A stretch of DNA of 64,000 nt from Podarcis bocagei. Its lineage: Eukaryota. Of the stretch, positions 23,089-36,395 are shown piece after piece. The position numbers and the translations under genes were made by a program. The stretch lies in assembly GCA_964188305.1 (NCBI GenBank), contig OZ076887.1; one strand, 5' to 3'. The first letter of the stretch is position 1. Each line of letters starts with the position of its first letter. The notes beneath the pieces were generated by a model that was not told the origin of the DNA, ran no database searches, and saw only the letters and a list, made by a program, of their open reading frames with translations.

Positions 23089-25913
23089 TACCTTTCTTAT
23101 CTGGTGGGGTTCAGGAGGGAGGCACCCCATTTCATGATGTTAAGCGACCCTCTATACATAACATAGATTATACAGTTATATACTTCAATTGCTTTTTTTC
23201 CTCCAGGAACCTACAGCTTGTCTTAGCACATGGGCTCCTCAGAAAGGGTTAAAGAGGCTGAATCTGCAGGGGGGGTCTAAGGTGGAGGAAGGGTGACCAT
23301 TGCACAAGCCCCCCTTCTCCCCTTTTTGTCCTCCACCCCTCCAGCACTGGTGGTACTGAGAGAAGGAAGCCTGCATAGGACACAAAGGGAAGATAGCAAG
23401 GTCTTTCTCTTGAAGTTGGTGGTGACGAAAGGGGGGGGGGATGACACAAACCTGCTGGAGAGGTGAGCAGCAGGGCAAATTTGCCCCCTATGGCAACATT
23501 TGTAGATCTTGCACTGTATTGTACCTTTAAGAGCTTTGCAGTAAGATTGCCAGTCTCTGCCTATAATGAGTGACATTCCTTCTTCAGTACAGAAGCTGGC
23601 TTGAATCCAGCATGGGTTATCTGAGCAAACATTGCTTTTAAAACTTGTGCTGGTTGAAGGTTGCTTCAAACTGCTTTTTGTTGTCAGTATGTGAGGTACA
23701 GACACGTTAGAGATAACGTTCATTCACACTTTTTGCAAATAAAACAAAAAGGGGAGGGCGAGTGGCATGAGTAATGCCATTAGGTGGGAAGGGCATTTTT
23801 TAAACCACTGATGGGAAATGATGGAATACAGGTATAAGCTGTAAGTGCTACGGAAGTGCAAAAGGGCTCCCCTCTTTTTCTTTTTCCTTTGAAAACATCT
23901 CCAGCAGAAAAGAGCTTATTATAACCATCATTTTTATAAACAGAAAGGTAGCTAGCTACCTGTTTTCATAACTTATGCTCTCTAGCCAAGGCTGTAAAAG
24001 CAATGCTAGCATGCATTGGAGTGTGATGCACTGAATTTTAAAAGCTGCTAAGAAAGGATGTCCGGACTAGTGAAGTCATTCAACATGTCATTTTGCTTCC
24101 TTCACTTTTCACGAATTATTGAGCTCATCCCCCTTCATAACCCTTTCTCTTTCATCTGTAAAATTTCATCATTAGTCATGGAACCGTCCTTCTGTGTTTT
24201 GTAATATGAATTCTGGCCATGTAGCCAATACTTCTGAGAAATGCCCAAGATGGGGAATGGTGGATGCAACAGCTCACCCCTGTTTCTTGTCTCCTGAGAT
24301 TCAGGGTCTGCAGGAGGATTCTTACACTGACTATCCGTTGATACGGAAATTCCTATATTGTGAATTTGCAGGAGCCATTTTTAAAGCCACCTTGCTGGAG
24401 TTGCTTCCTCACGCTCCCCACTGCCCTCCCATAAGGGGGAAGAATCTAGTAATTATGGTTTTAATATTTCAGTAAAAAATAATAATCTTTCCCATCATCA
24501 TTTGAGTTCTTGAAGAACCCTCTTTGAGCTTTGGCAGCCACCAAAAGCGTGGTTTCTCTTGAAAGGGAAGGGGAAATCTTGAGAGGACACAGAGACACCC
24601 CCACACCCTATGATCTACTCTATGAATATTAATCAATGACATTAGGCAAATAGCTGGCATTTCCCAACATGCTCTACTGTTTTGATTTAAAACAGTCAAA
24701 TGCAAACAATTTCAATTAAGCATTTTGTGTAAATTTCATATACAAGGGATTGCAGTCCTGCAAATTCTCACGGAATCTCACTCACTGTGTGCTGACTTTG
24801 ATGACGACACGAAATAGCGAATTGCGTGAAAATTCATGAGCAATTTTGAAATACACAAACTTCTTGCGTATTTTTAGTCAGGACCGATGCAGTTTTTTTT
24901 TAAAAAAAACACCTCTTTGCTGTTTGAACTTTTCAAGGCTTTTTGACAGCAGCATTACAATTTAGCTATCAATATACGTGGAACATTTGGAAAATTGATT
25001 TAGTATATTGATATTTGACTTAAAAAACATGTAGGTGGATGTATAGGGTACTAAATGGCTCACCGGCTTCCTTGCTTGGCTATGTCAGAATTGCTAATAT
25101 CACACTCCTAAGCTGGGCTTGGCTGGCTGTGATATTAACACAACCATCCCAGCAACGGTGCAGTATTGTCATGTGTGTCACAGCTGGCACTTTGGCCGAT
25201 AAGATGCATTGCTGGCATGGCATAGCTTTCAGTCAAAGCAGAAGAGACAACTAATCAGCTCCCAGTGCATAGACATAGCTCTTGTTTGCCCCCATGTGTC
25301 TTTAATTTGCACACATCAGATGAGGGTGACATTTTAATTGGGAAAAATTGCTAGGTCTGTTCAACTCTTGACTTAAAGGAGCTCCTTTACCCTGTGGAAA
25401 AAGCAATCATTGCATTTTCTATAATCATGAACTTTAAGATCCTATTTGAGTAAACAGTGGTTTTCATTGATCTCTTTGGTATTTGTTCCTTGGCTAATAG
25501 GGTTGTAAGTTCCAACAATATAGACCTTTACCAGTCAAGAGCCGAGATACTGTTGGTCTGTTGACTCCAGTCAGATATGTATTGACATTTTATCGTTGCT
25601 AGAGTTGCTGGAACCATATTCTGCTTCAGTGAAGAAATATGTTATCAGAAATTACAGATGTTACATAATGGTTGCACCTGTTATTGTTATGATATGGTAA
25701 GACAGTAAAAATAATGATTCTGTAGGATGTACATAGAGAAAAAACAGGAATGGGGAAAAAATTCTGTTCATGCATGTGGAATCAACATGTGTTGGTAGTT
25801 TGGCTGGCAGACACAATTCCTCTCCATTTAAATATTTGTGAACTTGGTTTTTTATGCACAGGTTATGGGTTTTGACGCTAACCATAGTTGCAGGGCAGGC
25901 AGTAACTGCTCAA

Positions 25914-26053
25914 NNNNNNNNNNNNNNNNNNNNNNNNNNNNNNNNNNNNNNNNNNNNNNNNNNNNNNNNNNNNNNNNNNNNNNNNNNNNNNNNNNNNNNN
26001 NNNNNNNNNNNNNNNNNNNNNNNNNNNNNNNNNNNNNNNNNNNNNNNNNNNNN
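25914..26053. other. Assembly gap (140 N)
   Basis: Run of N abutting a SINE 3' end. Confidence 1.
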
Positions 26054-26272
26054 CGCCTTTCACCCCCTTTAAGGAGTCCCAAAGCGGCTAACATTCACCT
26101 TTCCCTTCCTCCCCCACAACAAACACTCTGTGAGGTGAGTGGGGCTGAGAGACTTCAAAGAAGTGTGACTGGCCCAAGGTCACCCAGCAGCTGCATGTGG
26201 AGGAGCGGAGACGCGAACCCGGTTCCCCAGATTACGAGACTACCGCTCTTAACCACTACACCACACTGGCTT
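26054..26272 (-). mobile_element. tRNA-derived squamate SINE with L2-type tail (Squam3/CORE-like)
   Basis: A box TGGTGTAGTGG and B box GGTTCGCGTCT on the minus strand; near-identical to 49306-49545. Confidence 0.88.
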
Positions 26273-29083
26273 TGCCCTCCTGATGCTAATTAATCTATGA
26301 TGTAGTGAGATCTTGAAGATTGTTCTGGTGCAGTTGTAAAGCAAGTCCTCATTAATATAAAAGTTACCATGAGAAGAAGGACTGCAGACAAACACAGAAT
26401 CAGTCTGCAACCTGAACAGTGAAGGAAGCTGGACATTGTAGACTGCCAAGAAGAGTTAGATTTCAGATCTGCTGTACTGCAAAATAAATTGGCTCATGAA
26501 GCATTCCTGTTCCCTGCTAACAGTGAACGAAACAAAACAAGGTCTTCCTGTGTGTGAAAAGCAAACTGAAGCTTTTCATTAGATGTCTTCCTTTATCAAA
26601 AAGGAGTGAGCTGGAGGTTTTGACACAAAGGTCTCTGGATCAGATTAAATTGTACCGTGTTTTATATTTTCGTTCGCCACCCCACTTTAAAATGGGGGTG
26701 GGGTGGAGGTGGTATTAAAAATTGAAACACAAAATTATATTCTGAACATGTGAACTAAATTAATTCTGGTATCTCAGTATTAGATGGACACTTTATGTAC
26801 AAGATGACAAACATACAAAGGAGATACTGGATTGACTGAAGGCCCCAAGTGGTTATTTGAATCATTACTTATGTGGTGATTCTGCAACAATATTTCCATT
26901 TTATATTCTGAAGCTTATTCTAGAAAATTAGAAATGCCCATTTTCATGTCGATTAATGGTCTAATGGCCTTTAAGGAGTAAAACTCTGTATAAGGAGGTC
27001 ATTTCTCCTTTTGGATATCACTGTTGCTTTCTTTTGCCATACTTCTTCCAGAAGACTGGCTTTGCTCACATATGGTTCAAGGCAAGAGATGCATTGTTTA
27101 CTTTGTCCATCCAGGGTATCAAAGTTTGCAGCAAGGAGCAACGTACACAGCTTTTTCATTTAAAAAAAACTGTAGGAAGAATATCCCTCTGAAGTAAATT
27201 ATATGTATGCCTCTGATGTATCTGCATAGAAAAGGGAATTGACAGTGTATAGTTGGACTGAAAGAAGGACTCAGCCAAAATGGCCCACCTGACTGCAGCC
27301 CAGGTGAAGAGCTTTGAAAGCTGATCTCCTTTTGGCAATGCTTCAAGGGAGCTCGTGAAGTGGTAAAAAATATTTGTCCATTATATAAGAGAAGGAGACT
27401 GCATCTCTGTGTTGCCTAGGCAGCATCTGTCTTACCTAGGTTGATGCGCTCTTCTGGCATATGCAGAATGGAAATCCTCCTCCATATTGCTTAGGGGATG
27501 TGTTCTAGTGCTGCAATGGTTTCCTTGCCCACAACTAAAGGGCCAGGAAAAGAGGGATCTTCAAAGTACTGCATAGCTAATCAGGCTATATAAGCATGCA
27601 AGATAACATCATACCGCTATGTGATCCCTCAAACTTTGGATCTGAGGAAGAGCAGAAATGGGAGACCCACGATCATAGTGGAGGTGGGTGGGAGGGTGAA
27701 CATAAAGAAAGGGTATGTTGGGAGCCATTTTTTTTCCAACTCCCAAGTCTATCTTTTCTCCTTTAGACATTTCATAGTTGATAATTCATCTCAGCTCTAA
27801 TAGAGTGAACTCTCAAATGACCCTATGACATCGTGTCACAAATAATTCAACATGTAAATGTGAATATCATTAGCAATTCAGCAGTCTACTGCTCTGCCTT
27901 TATTAATTTGGCAAGTTCATTCTCTATTAGTCTTTTATTTGGCTAGTATGTGTAATAACTGGTGTTATTCTGTGCTCTGGATTCCCACTAGTCTATCTTT
28001 CAAGTTCTTGTCTTTATACGTCTAGGGATTTGGCACATAAATAATAAGTATTCATTCTCTTTGTTCATTACTTCTGTGAATTCTGAATTACCCTTTTTAT
28101 GATTGAGACCTGCCACTTGAGTGATATAATTTTTCAGTTTTACCAGAATCATTTTAAATAGAGAATGATAGTATACCACAATATTAAAAATTATTGAACC
28201 TCTGTGAGTAAAATAACTATCCATTCCATTGGGTATGAAGTGAAGTGAATTTATGGCAGCCCTACTTTATCATCATTTCACTGCTGCTGCTGACACTTTT
28301 TCTGAGACACCAGTTTATTTCTGCTAGAGCTGCTTGGAAGTGAACACTTACCATTTTACTAAATAATGATTATCTTGTCAAAAATAAATGTTGTGTTTCT
28401 TGTAAAATGAGGGACCCATGACCCAAAATAAACAGTGTAAGCAATGTAATGTAAGCAATATGATGTGACACTGCTGCCACATTCTTTGATAAGAGTACAT
28501 GTATTGGGTATCTCCTGTAGGTATAATGCTGATCTGAAATTTTGTGGGCTTTTCTGCTTCTAGGCTTGTGGAAAAGAAGTGCAGATCACCAATTAGGTTG
28601 TTGTGTTTTTTTTTAAAAAAAGAAAGAAATAGAACTGGTATATGATGCATTGCATACAAATACTGTACCATGTATACAATTCCTTCAGTTTAATTGTCAT
28701 TCATATATATTCATTTTACTACTTTTGTTACCTTTTTTAAACATAATTTTATTAATCTGGATTTTTAAGATAGCCTACCAAATAGAACCATAAAGCAAAT
28801 ATAAAGCAGATCAAAAACATCAGAAACAAAAGCAATTATTGTAGCAACAGTAAAAATACAAAAAAGCAGTAGATATAAAATCTTTTGTTACTTAATTAAT
28901 TCCATATATGGATTGCTTCTCCTAAAATATTTCTAATGCGATTTCACAGTAAACACATCAACAATTGAAAACAATGACGTATGTAAAGAAAATTTCAGAT
29001 CTAACGCAAATTGGGATAAAGTTACCAGTAATTGTGCTATTACTATTTGTTTCAGTGGCTATTCTTATTTCTTAACGTGTAGT

Positions 29084-29595
29084 CAGGCAGGTTTAGGGTA
29101 GTGCGATTGGTGCAAGCATGCTGGACACTGTGCCACAACAATGCGGTAGATTGAAGCATGAGAGGTGTAAAGGTAAAGGGACCCCTGACCATTTGGTCCA
29201 GTCGTGACCGACTCTGGGGTTGCAGCGCTCATCTCGCTTTATTGGCTAAGGGAGCCGGCATACAGCTTCCGGGTCATGGGGCCAGCATGACTAAGCCGCT
29301 TCTAGCGAACCAGAGCAGTGCATGGAAATGCCGTTTACCTTCCCACCAGAGCGGTAACTATTTATCTACTTGCACTTTGACGTGCTTTCGAACTGCTAGG
29401 TGGGCAGGAGCAGGGACCGAGCAACGGGAGCTCACCCCATTGCAGGGATTCGAACCACCAACCTTCTGATTGGCAAGTCCTAGGCTCTGTGGTTTAACCC
29501 ACAGCGCCACCCGCATCCCATGAGAGGTGTAAGGGGTGCCAAATTTTAGCGTTGCACAGGGCAGCTAAAATTTGAGAGCTCAAAGTCCGCCACTG
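29084..29595 (-). mobile_element. hAT MITE, family B, interrupted by a Sauria SINE
   Basis: Ends match 11384-11533 (AAATTTGAGAG...AAAGTCCGCCACTG); flanked by GTGTAGT on both sides. Confidence 0.78.
29171..29518 (-). mobile_element. Sauria SINE
   Basis: tRNA-like head, CCTAGCAGTTCGAAAGCA core, (ACCTTT)n tail; 14-bp TSD CATGAGAGGTGTAA. Confidence 0.93.
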
Positions 29596-29874
29596 GTGTA
29601 GTTTACAGTTGGGGGTGAAACGAGTACACTAAATGCACAGGAACTCAAGAAAGGCTAACGTAAAGGCCAAGAGCGGCTTTACACATTCCAGCTTTGTCTT
29701 CCTGCAACTGGAGTCTGCGTTTATGCTCCTTTTGTGCGTAAGTTGCACAGGAAAGCAGCAGCAGAAGTCTGCTAGTATTCCCGCTTGCCCTCCACAAGTT
29801 GGAATATGCACAGGAGCCCCCACTTTCCAAGTTACATACAGGACAGAGGAGACCTGCCTCATTTTTTAATAGAG

Positions 29875-30003
29875 ACAGTGAATCTACAACCCTCCAGACG
29901 TTGATGGACTTACAGCTCCCACCTTTCCTGATCATTGGCCATACTGGGTTGGATGGGAACTGTAGTCCAACACATATGATAGGCCGCAGGATCCCCATCC
30001 CTG
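29875..30003. mobile_element. Old short palindromic hAT-type MITE
   Basis: GGACTTACAGCTCCCA ... TGGGAACTGTAGTCC internal inverted repeat; ends CCCTG followed by TTCTAGAA. Confidence 0.65.
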
Positions 30004-32399
30004 TTCTAGAACTTCTGAAATGTGTATGATATAACAGTTGCAATTGGAATTCTTCCAACCACTTGAAGTATCCGTTGTGTTGATCTATTTCAATTGCTTT
30101 TGTTTGATTTTCTCGTTTCAAACAGCTGAATTTTTATAATAAACCTGATTTGCAATGGGAGTTGAATGATTCCGATTGCAAATGTACATAATATGTTGGT
30201 GTTTTCATTTCTTTTTGTTTTTTGATATACCTTTGCAAGAAAAGCTAATTTCGTCTAGTCTGCATTATTCCACAGCTCTTAGTGGGAAGGTCTTTAATCT
30301 CTCTTTTTCCTGGCTACCACAGCTTCATGAGAATGTAGGTCAAGGGATGGTACCTTTTGTGATATAAAAAACCCAACTTTCCTCCACAGTCACTCTAACC
30401 TTTTGTGAGTAATTTCTTCTTCTTCTTCTCTAAACTGATGGAAGGAAGATAGAATAGGAGATTGAATATCTATGAGCAAAAATGTGCATAGGGAAAAATG
30501 CTGCTTCTGGTATATGATGGTGAGGTTAAGTGTCAGAAGATAATACAGTGCTCTGCAAAGGTGACTGTGCTTCACTCATATCTTCCCGCCCCCTTAATAT
30601 GATTATGGTCTATTCCTTCTCCATTGTATTTTAAACCTTTAGCTTTTCCCATGCTTGACAGTGCTGAGACTGTTCTTAGAACCTGAAATGCCATTATATC
30701 ATGGATCAGTTGCTGTAATATAGAACACTTTCCTTGGGTTCAGCAGTAGTTGGACTTATTGTGAAACTTGGCTCAGGCAGAAGTACCTTTTCTTTGTGGA
30801 AACCAAAGCTATTAACCAAGAGAGTGCTGCATAACTTCAGACTGCAGTATGGTGCGCACATAGTAGACTAGGAACAGGAGGTGCCTGGTCTCGCTGCTGC
30901 ATTTTGTATTCAGATGTTCTTTATAGGCTCCTTATGACCGCCCAAGAAACATTTGCCTGCATTAATGTTGTGTTTTTGCTTTTAAATTATCAAGCTGGTG
31001 GGGCAAAGGACCCCATAACATCACAAAACTGAATTTGCTGGTAGTTAATTAATTTATATTCCGCAACTCAGCATATCTAAGAGCTTCAGTGTCTGCTAAG
31101 AGCTATATCCCTTCGTACACTCTGAAAATCCAATGACAGCGTGCTCCTAACAGCACTGCCCATATATCACGTTAAGGAAAGCTAGTTTATACTGAGAAAT
31201 TGACTTCTCAGTGGCTATCTCATCCCTGGAGACTCACCAAAGCGTTGTTTGGAAACTATTAAAGTCCATATTGTTTCTCTTAGTTTAAGGCGTTGGACTG
31301 AGTTGATAGAAAGGTTTTTAAAAAGCACATTTGTTATAGTAGCTTGTGTAACCAGATTTTAAATCGATGCTTTATATTCATTGCTTAAAAAGTCAAACCC
31401 AGACCCAGAACTGGATCACACTTGCCTCATTGTTTATCATACTTTTATGAATAGCATCTAATTTTTACTCCAAAACCCACAGTTGGGCAATACTTTGGTT
31501 AGGTCCAACCAAAATGTGACAAAACTGTGGCAAAGTTTGAGTTCTCCAGAGCTTTTCATCACAACACAATGCGGAGGGGGCAGTGGAATTAAAACACATA
31601 CCAATAAGTGCAAAAATTAAGCTAGATGTCATTGCCATGTGGTCAGCTTGTAGTAGCTCAGTTCCAAGATGGAGACCGAAGACTGACTGTATCAATCCCA
31701 GATGCTAAAGGCATCGGGTTACACACTTAAGATTTTGGAATAAAGAAGCAATGACTACTCCCCATATCTGAGAAATTAAGGTCCGGCTTGTAACCCAGAT
31801 ATGTCTAGACGGAAGCAGAGGTGGCTTCTGGCAAGATCTCACAGAACTCTCATGAGATCTTGTGAGAGTTCTGCAAGATCTTGTGATATCTTGCAAGAAG
31901 CCACCACGGTGCAACCTCAGAAAGCTTCAGCAAAACGTGAGGGGCTGCCCCTGCAGCACATAGGAAACTACCCGAATGGATTAAAATAGTATTTACTTAG
32001 CCCTCTAATGCAGCTGTATTGAAAGTATGGGGCCCCAGGACAGTGGGTTGATGTATGTATGCACTGTGGGGTCTTGGGAAAGGGGAAGTGTTGATGTGCA
32101 GTGAATAGGGGAATCTACTCTTCACAAAGATGATTTATCAGCGAAGGCATGCTGTCTAGGGGTGATGCCATTCTGATTCAGGCTCTGGAAAATGCTCTCA
32201 ACATTTTTCTCTATTATTTTTGTCATCTCATGGGCAAATGTTTTAGAGTTACTGTGTTTTGAAATGACCTCATCCTTCATAACCTTGTGTGACATCAAAT
32301 TTGTACTTGGTGAATTTCCACTTGAAGGCATATTGCTCGGAATGCAATTGTTTCTGTGCTAGTGAAGCTTTGATGTAGTGGGTTTAAGTGGGAAGAACG

Positions 32400-32660
32400 T
32401 GAGTTATTGACAGCAATTATTATAAAGCGATATAATTATTGATTTTGTCGACATAGCAGAGTTAACAATTTGCCAGATATAATGAAGGAAAATATATGCA
32501 GTAACTGAATTAATATGGAGCGAACAAGTATATTTCTAAAAGAGACTTAATTTATTTTAATAGATATGCACTAATTACCCAGAAAGCAGTGTTATTTTCT
32601 ACACTATTAATGATTAATATTAACTGGCAGAACTATAATGTATAATTATTAGTGTTTAGA
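32400..32660. promoter_or_regulatory. Putative conserved non-coding element / enhancer
   Basis: Dense homeodomain sites (TTATTGACAG, TAATTA, ATTAAT); repeat-free. Confidence 0.45.
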
Positions 32661-33249
32661 ACAGTAGATACATAAAACCTTTGTGTTTACTAATCTGTGC
32701 TAGAACTGAACAGTCTGTGTTAGAATAATGTCAGTATTCCTGCCCTTTTTCTGTTGCACCATTTTAAATTTCTCAATATTGGGAAGCTCCTTTAAAAAAC
32801 AGACTGCAAAAATCTGTATGGAAGGGATATTCAATAAATTTTTCTTAGATAGAAAGCAGGGGAGAGTCTTCTGGGGCCTCAGCTTAAGGTATCCTAGATA
32901 TTTAAATCGTGATCCATAGACTGCTAAGCCTTCCCCTCTGGCAAAAACACCTCAACAGTAGGTCAGTAATTCAACAGCAACTCCCAGGGGCAAGATAAGG
33001 AAGAAGTCTTCAGCAGCATATGCAAACGGATGTGGATCAAAACTGTAAGACAAACTAGAAATGAAGTTTCTCTTACACTGAAAAACCTTGGCAGTAAATA
33101 CAGGAGCATGCTTGAACTATGTAAATTGTAGATGTGTTAGTTGTAGATCTAGCTTTTCCTTCGCATTGTGTTTATTATATAACCCATGAACCTTTTATTA
33201 TATAACTGGTGAAATGTTTGTTATAACAATGGATTGATATAAGGCGCAG

Positions 33250-33256
33250 GCGCGCG

Positions 33257-33287
<31 letters not shown>

Positions 33288-33288
33288 A
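33250..33288. repeat. (GC)n(AC)n alternating purine-pyrimidine microsatellite
   Basis: Read directly. Confidence 0.95.
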
Positions 33289-33336
33289 GTGTTTATGGAG
33301 AGGCCCAAGTACTGCAAGGACTCCTGAGTCTACCTT

Positions 33337-33680
33337 TTGTTGTTGTTTAGTCGTTTAGTCGTGTCCGACTCTTCATGACCCCCTGGACCAGAGCACGCCA
33401 GGCACTCCTGTCTTCCACTGCCTCCTGCAGTTTGGTCAAACTCATGCTGGTAGCTTTGAGAACACTACCCAACCATCTCTTCCTCTGTCATCCCCTTCTC
33501 CTTGTGCCCTCCATCTTTCCCAGCATCAGGGTCTTTTCCAGGGAGTCTTTTCTTCTCATGAGGTGGCCAAAGTATTGGAGCCTCAGCTTCACGAACTGTC
33601 CTTCCAGTGAGCACTCAGGGCTGATTTCCTTCAGAATGGAGAGGTTTGATCTTCTTGCAGTCCATGGGACTCTCAAGAGT
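33337..33680 (-). mobile_element. Bov-B 3' fragment
   Basis: RVPWTARRSNLSILKEISPECSLEG...; 11-bp TSD GAGTCTACCTT. Confidence 0.95.
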
Positions 33681-35321
33681 CTACCTTAGTGGATACAAAT
33701 GTCAAAACAGGTGGGAAGATTTTTCCCAGCCTCATTGCTCCCCATGGTGGTATATACTTTTCTTCATAGGAGCAAATGTGAGCTGTTCATTTATCAGGGG
33801 CCAAGTAAAAGAGTGTATTCAAGGACATTTTTACAGTAGGGGCTGAATCAGTCCATATCTGCAATGTAGGGGGTCATGGTAGCGAACTAACTGACAACTT
33901 CGTAGTTTGGGTTTCAACAAAATGATGTATGTGAAACACTTTGAACATTTGAAAGCACTTTCTAAATGCTTTTTATGTAAGAAACAAGAGTTGATCATTA
34001 GAGTGTTTGAGATGGTAAAAAAAAAATATGGCCGTGTTGTTTGGTTGCTGAGCAAACTAACTAGAAAGCATGAAGTATGAGCTCATAGGCTCTGTTTGCC
34101 CAGATCAAAAGAAATAAGTAAAAAGAAGAAGAAGAATAGTGAAGAAATGCTTTATTGTCTCTCAGAAAAGCTGAAAGTGCATTAAGAACCACCATTAAAA
34201 GTTTACTTACTACTTGGTTACCTTCATCTTAAAAGGCAGAGAAACTAGGGGCAGGGATGTGGGGAAAGAGGAAACTGGAATCCTGTCCCTTCTTACAGTT
34301 ATTTTGTTACCTCTTTGATATCGTAGGTGTATTTTTAAATGTGAATGCTACAGCTTTTGCCACATAAAGCTCCAAACTTTTGTCTTCTATGTACAGAGGG
34401 AAACATTTGTCAGGTGGTGGAAGAGAGTGACAGCCATTAACTTAAAGGAACACCATTTGAGTACTTTTCAATGAAAAGAAAGCCTAGCCATAGCCATTGA
34501 GCACCAAACAAAATTTCCTTTCCTTTTTCTGATACAAACTGCTAAGTTCTTCAAGGATCATAATTATTGCTTTTGGTCATAGCCATAGGGTCTTTGACCA
34601 TTCCCAGAATCTGGCCCTTTACAGCTTACCCTCCCATTCAATTAAATAGGTTTTAGAAAGTTAAGTCTGCCTGTGCGAAGATAAAAGGAAACCTCTGGTC
34701 TTTATCCTTTACTTGTTCTGCAGCCCACTCAACCAAATCCAGTTTATTAAATGCCTCAGGCAAGGGCAGTTTCTTTGGTCTTGCTGTGCCATTAAACCCC
34801 AAGAAGATCTCACCTACTGGCAACAGTGAGATCACATTTCATAGAAGGAGAGGCCCTCTGTCTTCCATACACTGCAAAGAACATAGTCAACCAACCTCAC
34901 AAACCTTGCAACATTCAGAGTCCATATTCCTAGCATAGGGTAGTTTTGTTTGGTATTGACTCAGAAACTGCTCTCAGGGAAGTGGTGCCAGTGTTCTAGA
35001 TTCCTTACTGAGCAGCCCTGGATAGAGAAAGGTGGGAGGGAAACAGAATTTCCTAGAGAAAATGACATATCTGGAACTGTAAGTAGAAAGCTGGGCTATT
35101 TCCAGTTAAAACAGGATGACTGGGAGGGTGTACATTTTGTAGCCATTAATAATGCTTTGTTACCAATAAACTCAGCTGAGCTAGAATTCTGCACATGCCC
35201 CAGAACTGCATGTGTGGTTTGTCCTTACTCTGAGCAATTAGTGTGTTATTTGTTACTTGAAGGAAGGGTGAGATACAAATCATTAATACACCACCATCAC
35301 AGTTTGTGACATTTTGTAGAA

Positions 35322-35711
35322 AAGTAAGGTAAAGGTACGTAAAGGACCCCTGGATGGTTAAGTCCAGTCAAAGGCAACTATGGGGTTGCGGCGCTCATCT
35401 AGCTTTCAGGCCAGGGGAGCTGGCGTTTGTCCACAGACAGCTTTCTGGGTCATATAGCCAACATGACTAAACCACTTCTGGCGCAACAGGACACTGTGAC
35501 GGAAACCAGAGCGCACGGAAACACTGTTTATCTTCCTGCTGCAGTGGTACCTATTTATCTACTTGCACTGGTGTGCTTTCGAACTGCTAGGTTCGCAGGA
35601 GCTGAGACAGAGCAATGGGAGCTCACCCCATCACGGGGATTTGAACTGACGACCTTCTGATTGGCAAGCCCAAGAGGCTCAGTGGTTTAGACCACAGCGT
35701 CACTTGCGTCC
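35322..35711 (-). mobile_element. Sauria SINE
   Basis: Full length; TSD CATTTTGTAGAA / CATTCTGTAGAA. Confidence 0.93.
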
Positions 35712-36343
35712 CATTCTGTAGAACCAAGCAGGCAAAAAAGGGACCAAATCTAGTTATGGTCAGAGGGGGAGCCAAAGGGTGCAAAGATTATGCATCATAA
35801 ATGCAACTCTATGAACTGGAACTCACTGTGTGTGTCTGTGTGGTTTGGTATTATCTTGTGTTATGTGCCAACCTATTCAGAGTCCACAGACTTCAGAGGG
35901 GAAATATTAGAAGTATGCTGTAAGGTGCACTGAAATGCAGGACTTGACATTCTCTTTGCAGGGAAGGGGTTCTCTTTACATTTCAGTAAATGTCAAGCCT
36001 TTATCATTTTAATATGATTGGAATCTTAATAGTGGCTTTACCTTTTCAACTTCAGCAGTGGAGTCCGACATATGTGTACAGTTTGCTTTAAAAGTAAGCT
36101 GCCTGGGGCAGGGGGTCTTGGTTCCATTTTCTTTTGTCAAACACAATATGCATGAATAGTACTGGAATCCTCCAGATAATTTGGACTACAAATCTCATCA
36201 GTCTTGCTGGTTGGGGCTGATGGAAGTTATAAACAAAACAAAAAAAACTGTGTTGGGTTTGGGAAGGCTGAAATATATAAATAGTAAAGTAGCACATACA
36301 TGGCTCTTTTAAGTAACACACTGGAATAATTTGGGGGAATGAG

Positions 36344-36346
<3 letters not shown>

Positions 36347-36391
<45 letters not shown>
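36347..36391. repeat. (AC)n microsatellite
   Basis: Read directly. Confidence 0.95.

Positions 36392-36395
<4 letters not shown>

Noticed and set aside
25838-26293. ORFs spanning the N-run
   Set aside because: Artefacts of the assembly gap.
34653-34835. Protein-like 60-aa ORF on the minus strand
   Set aside because: No clear splice signals or family motif; length is expected by chance.
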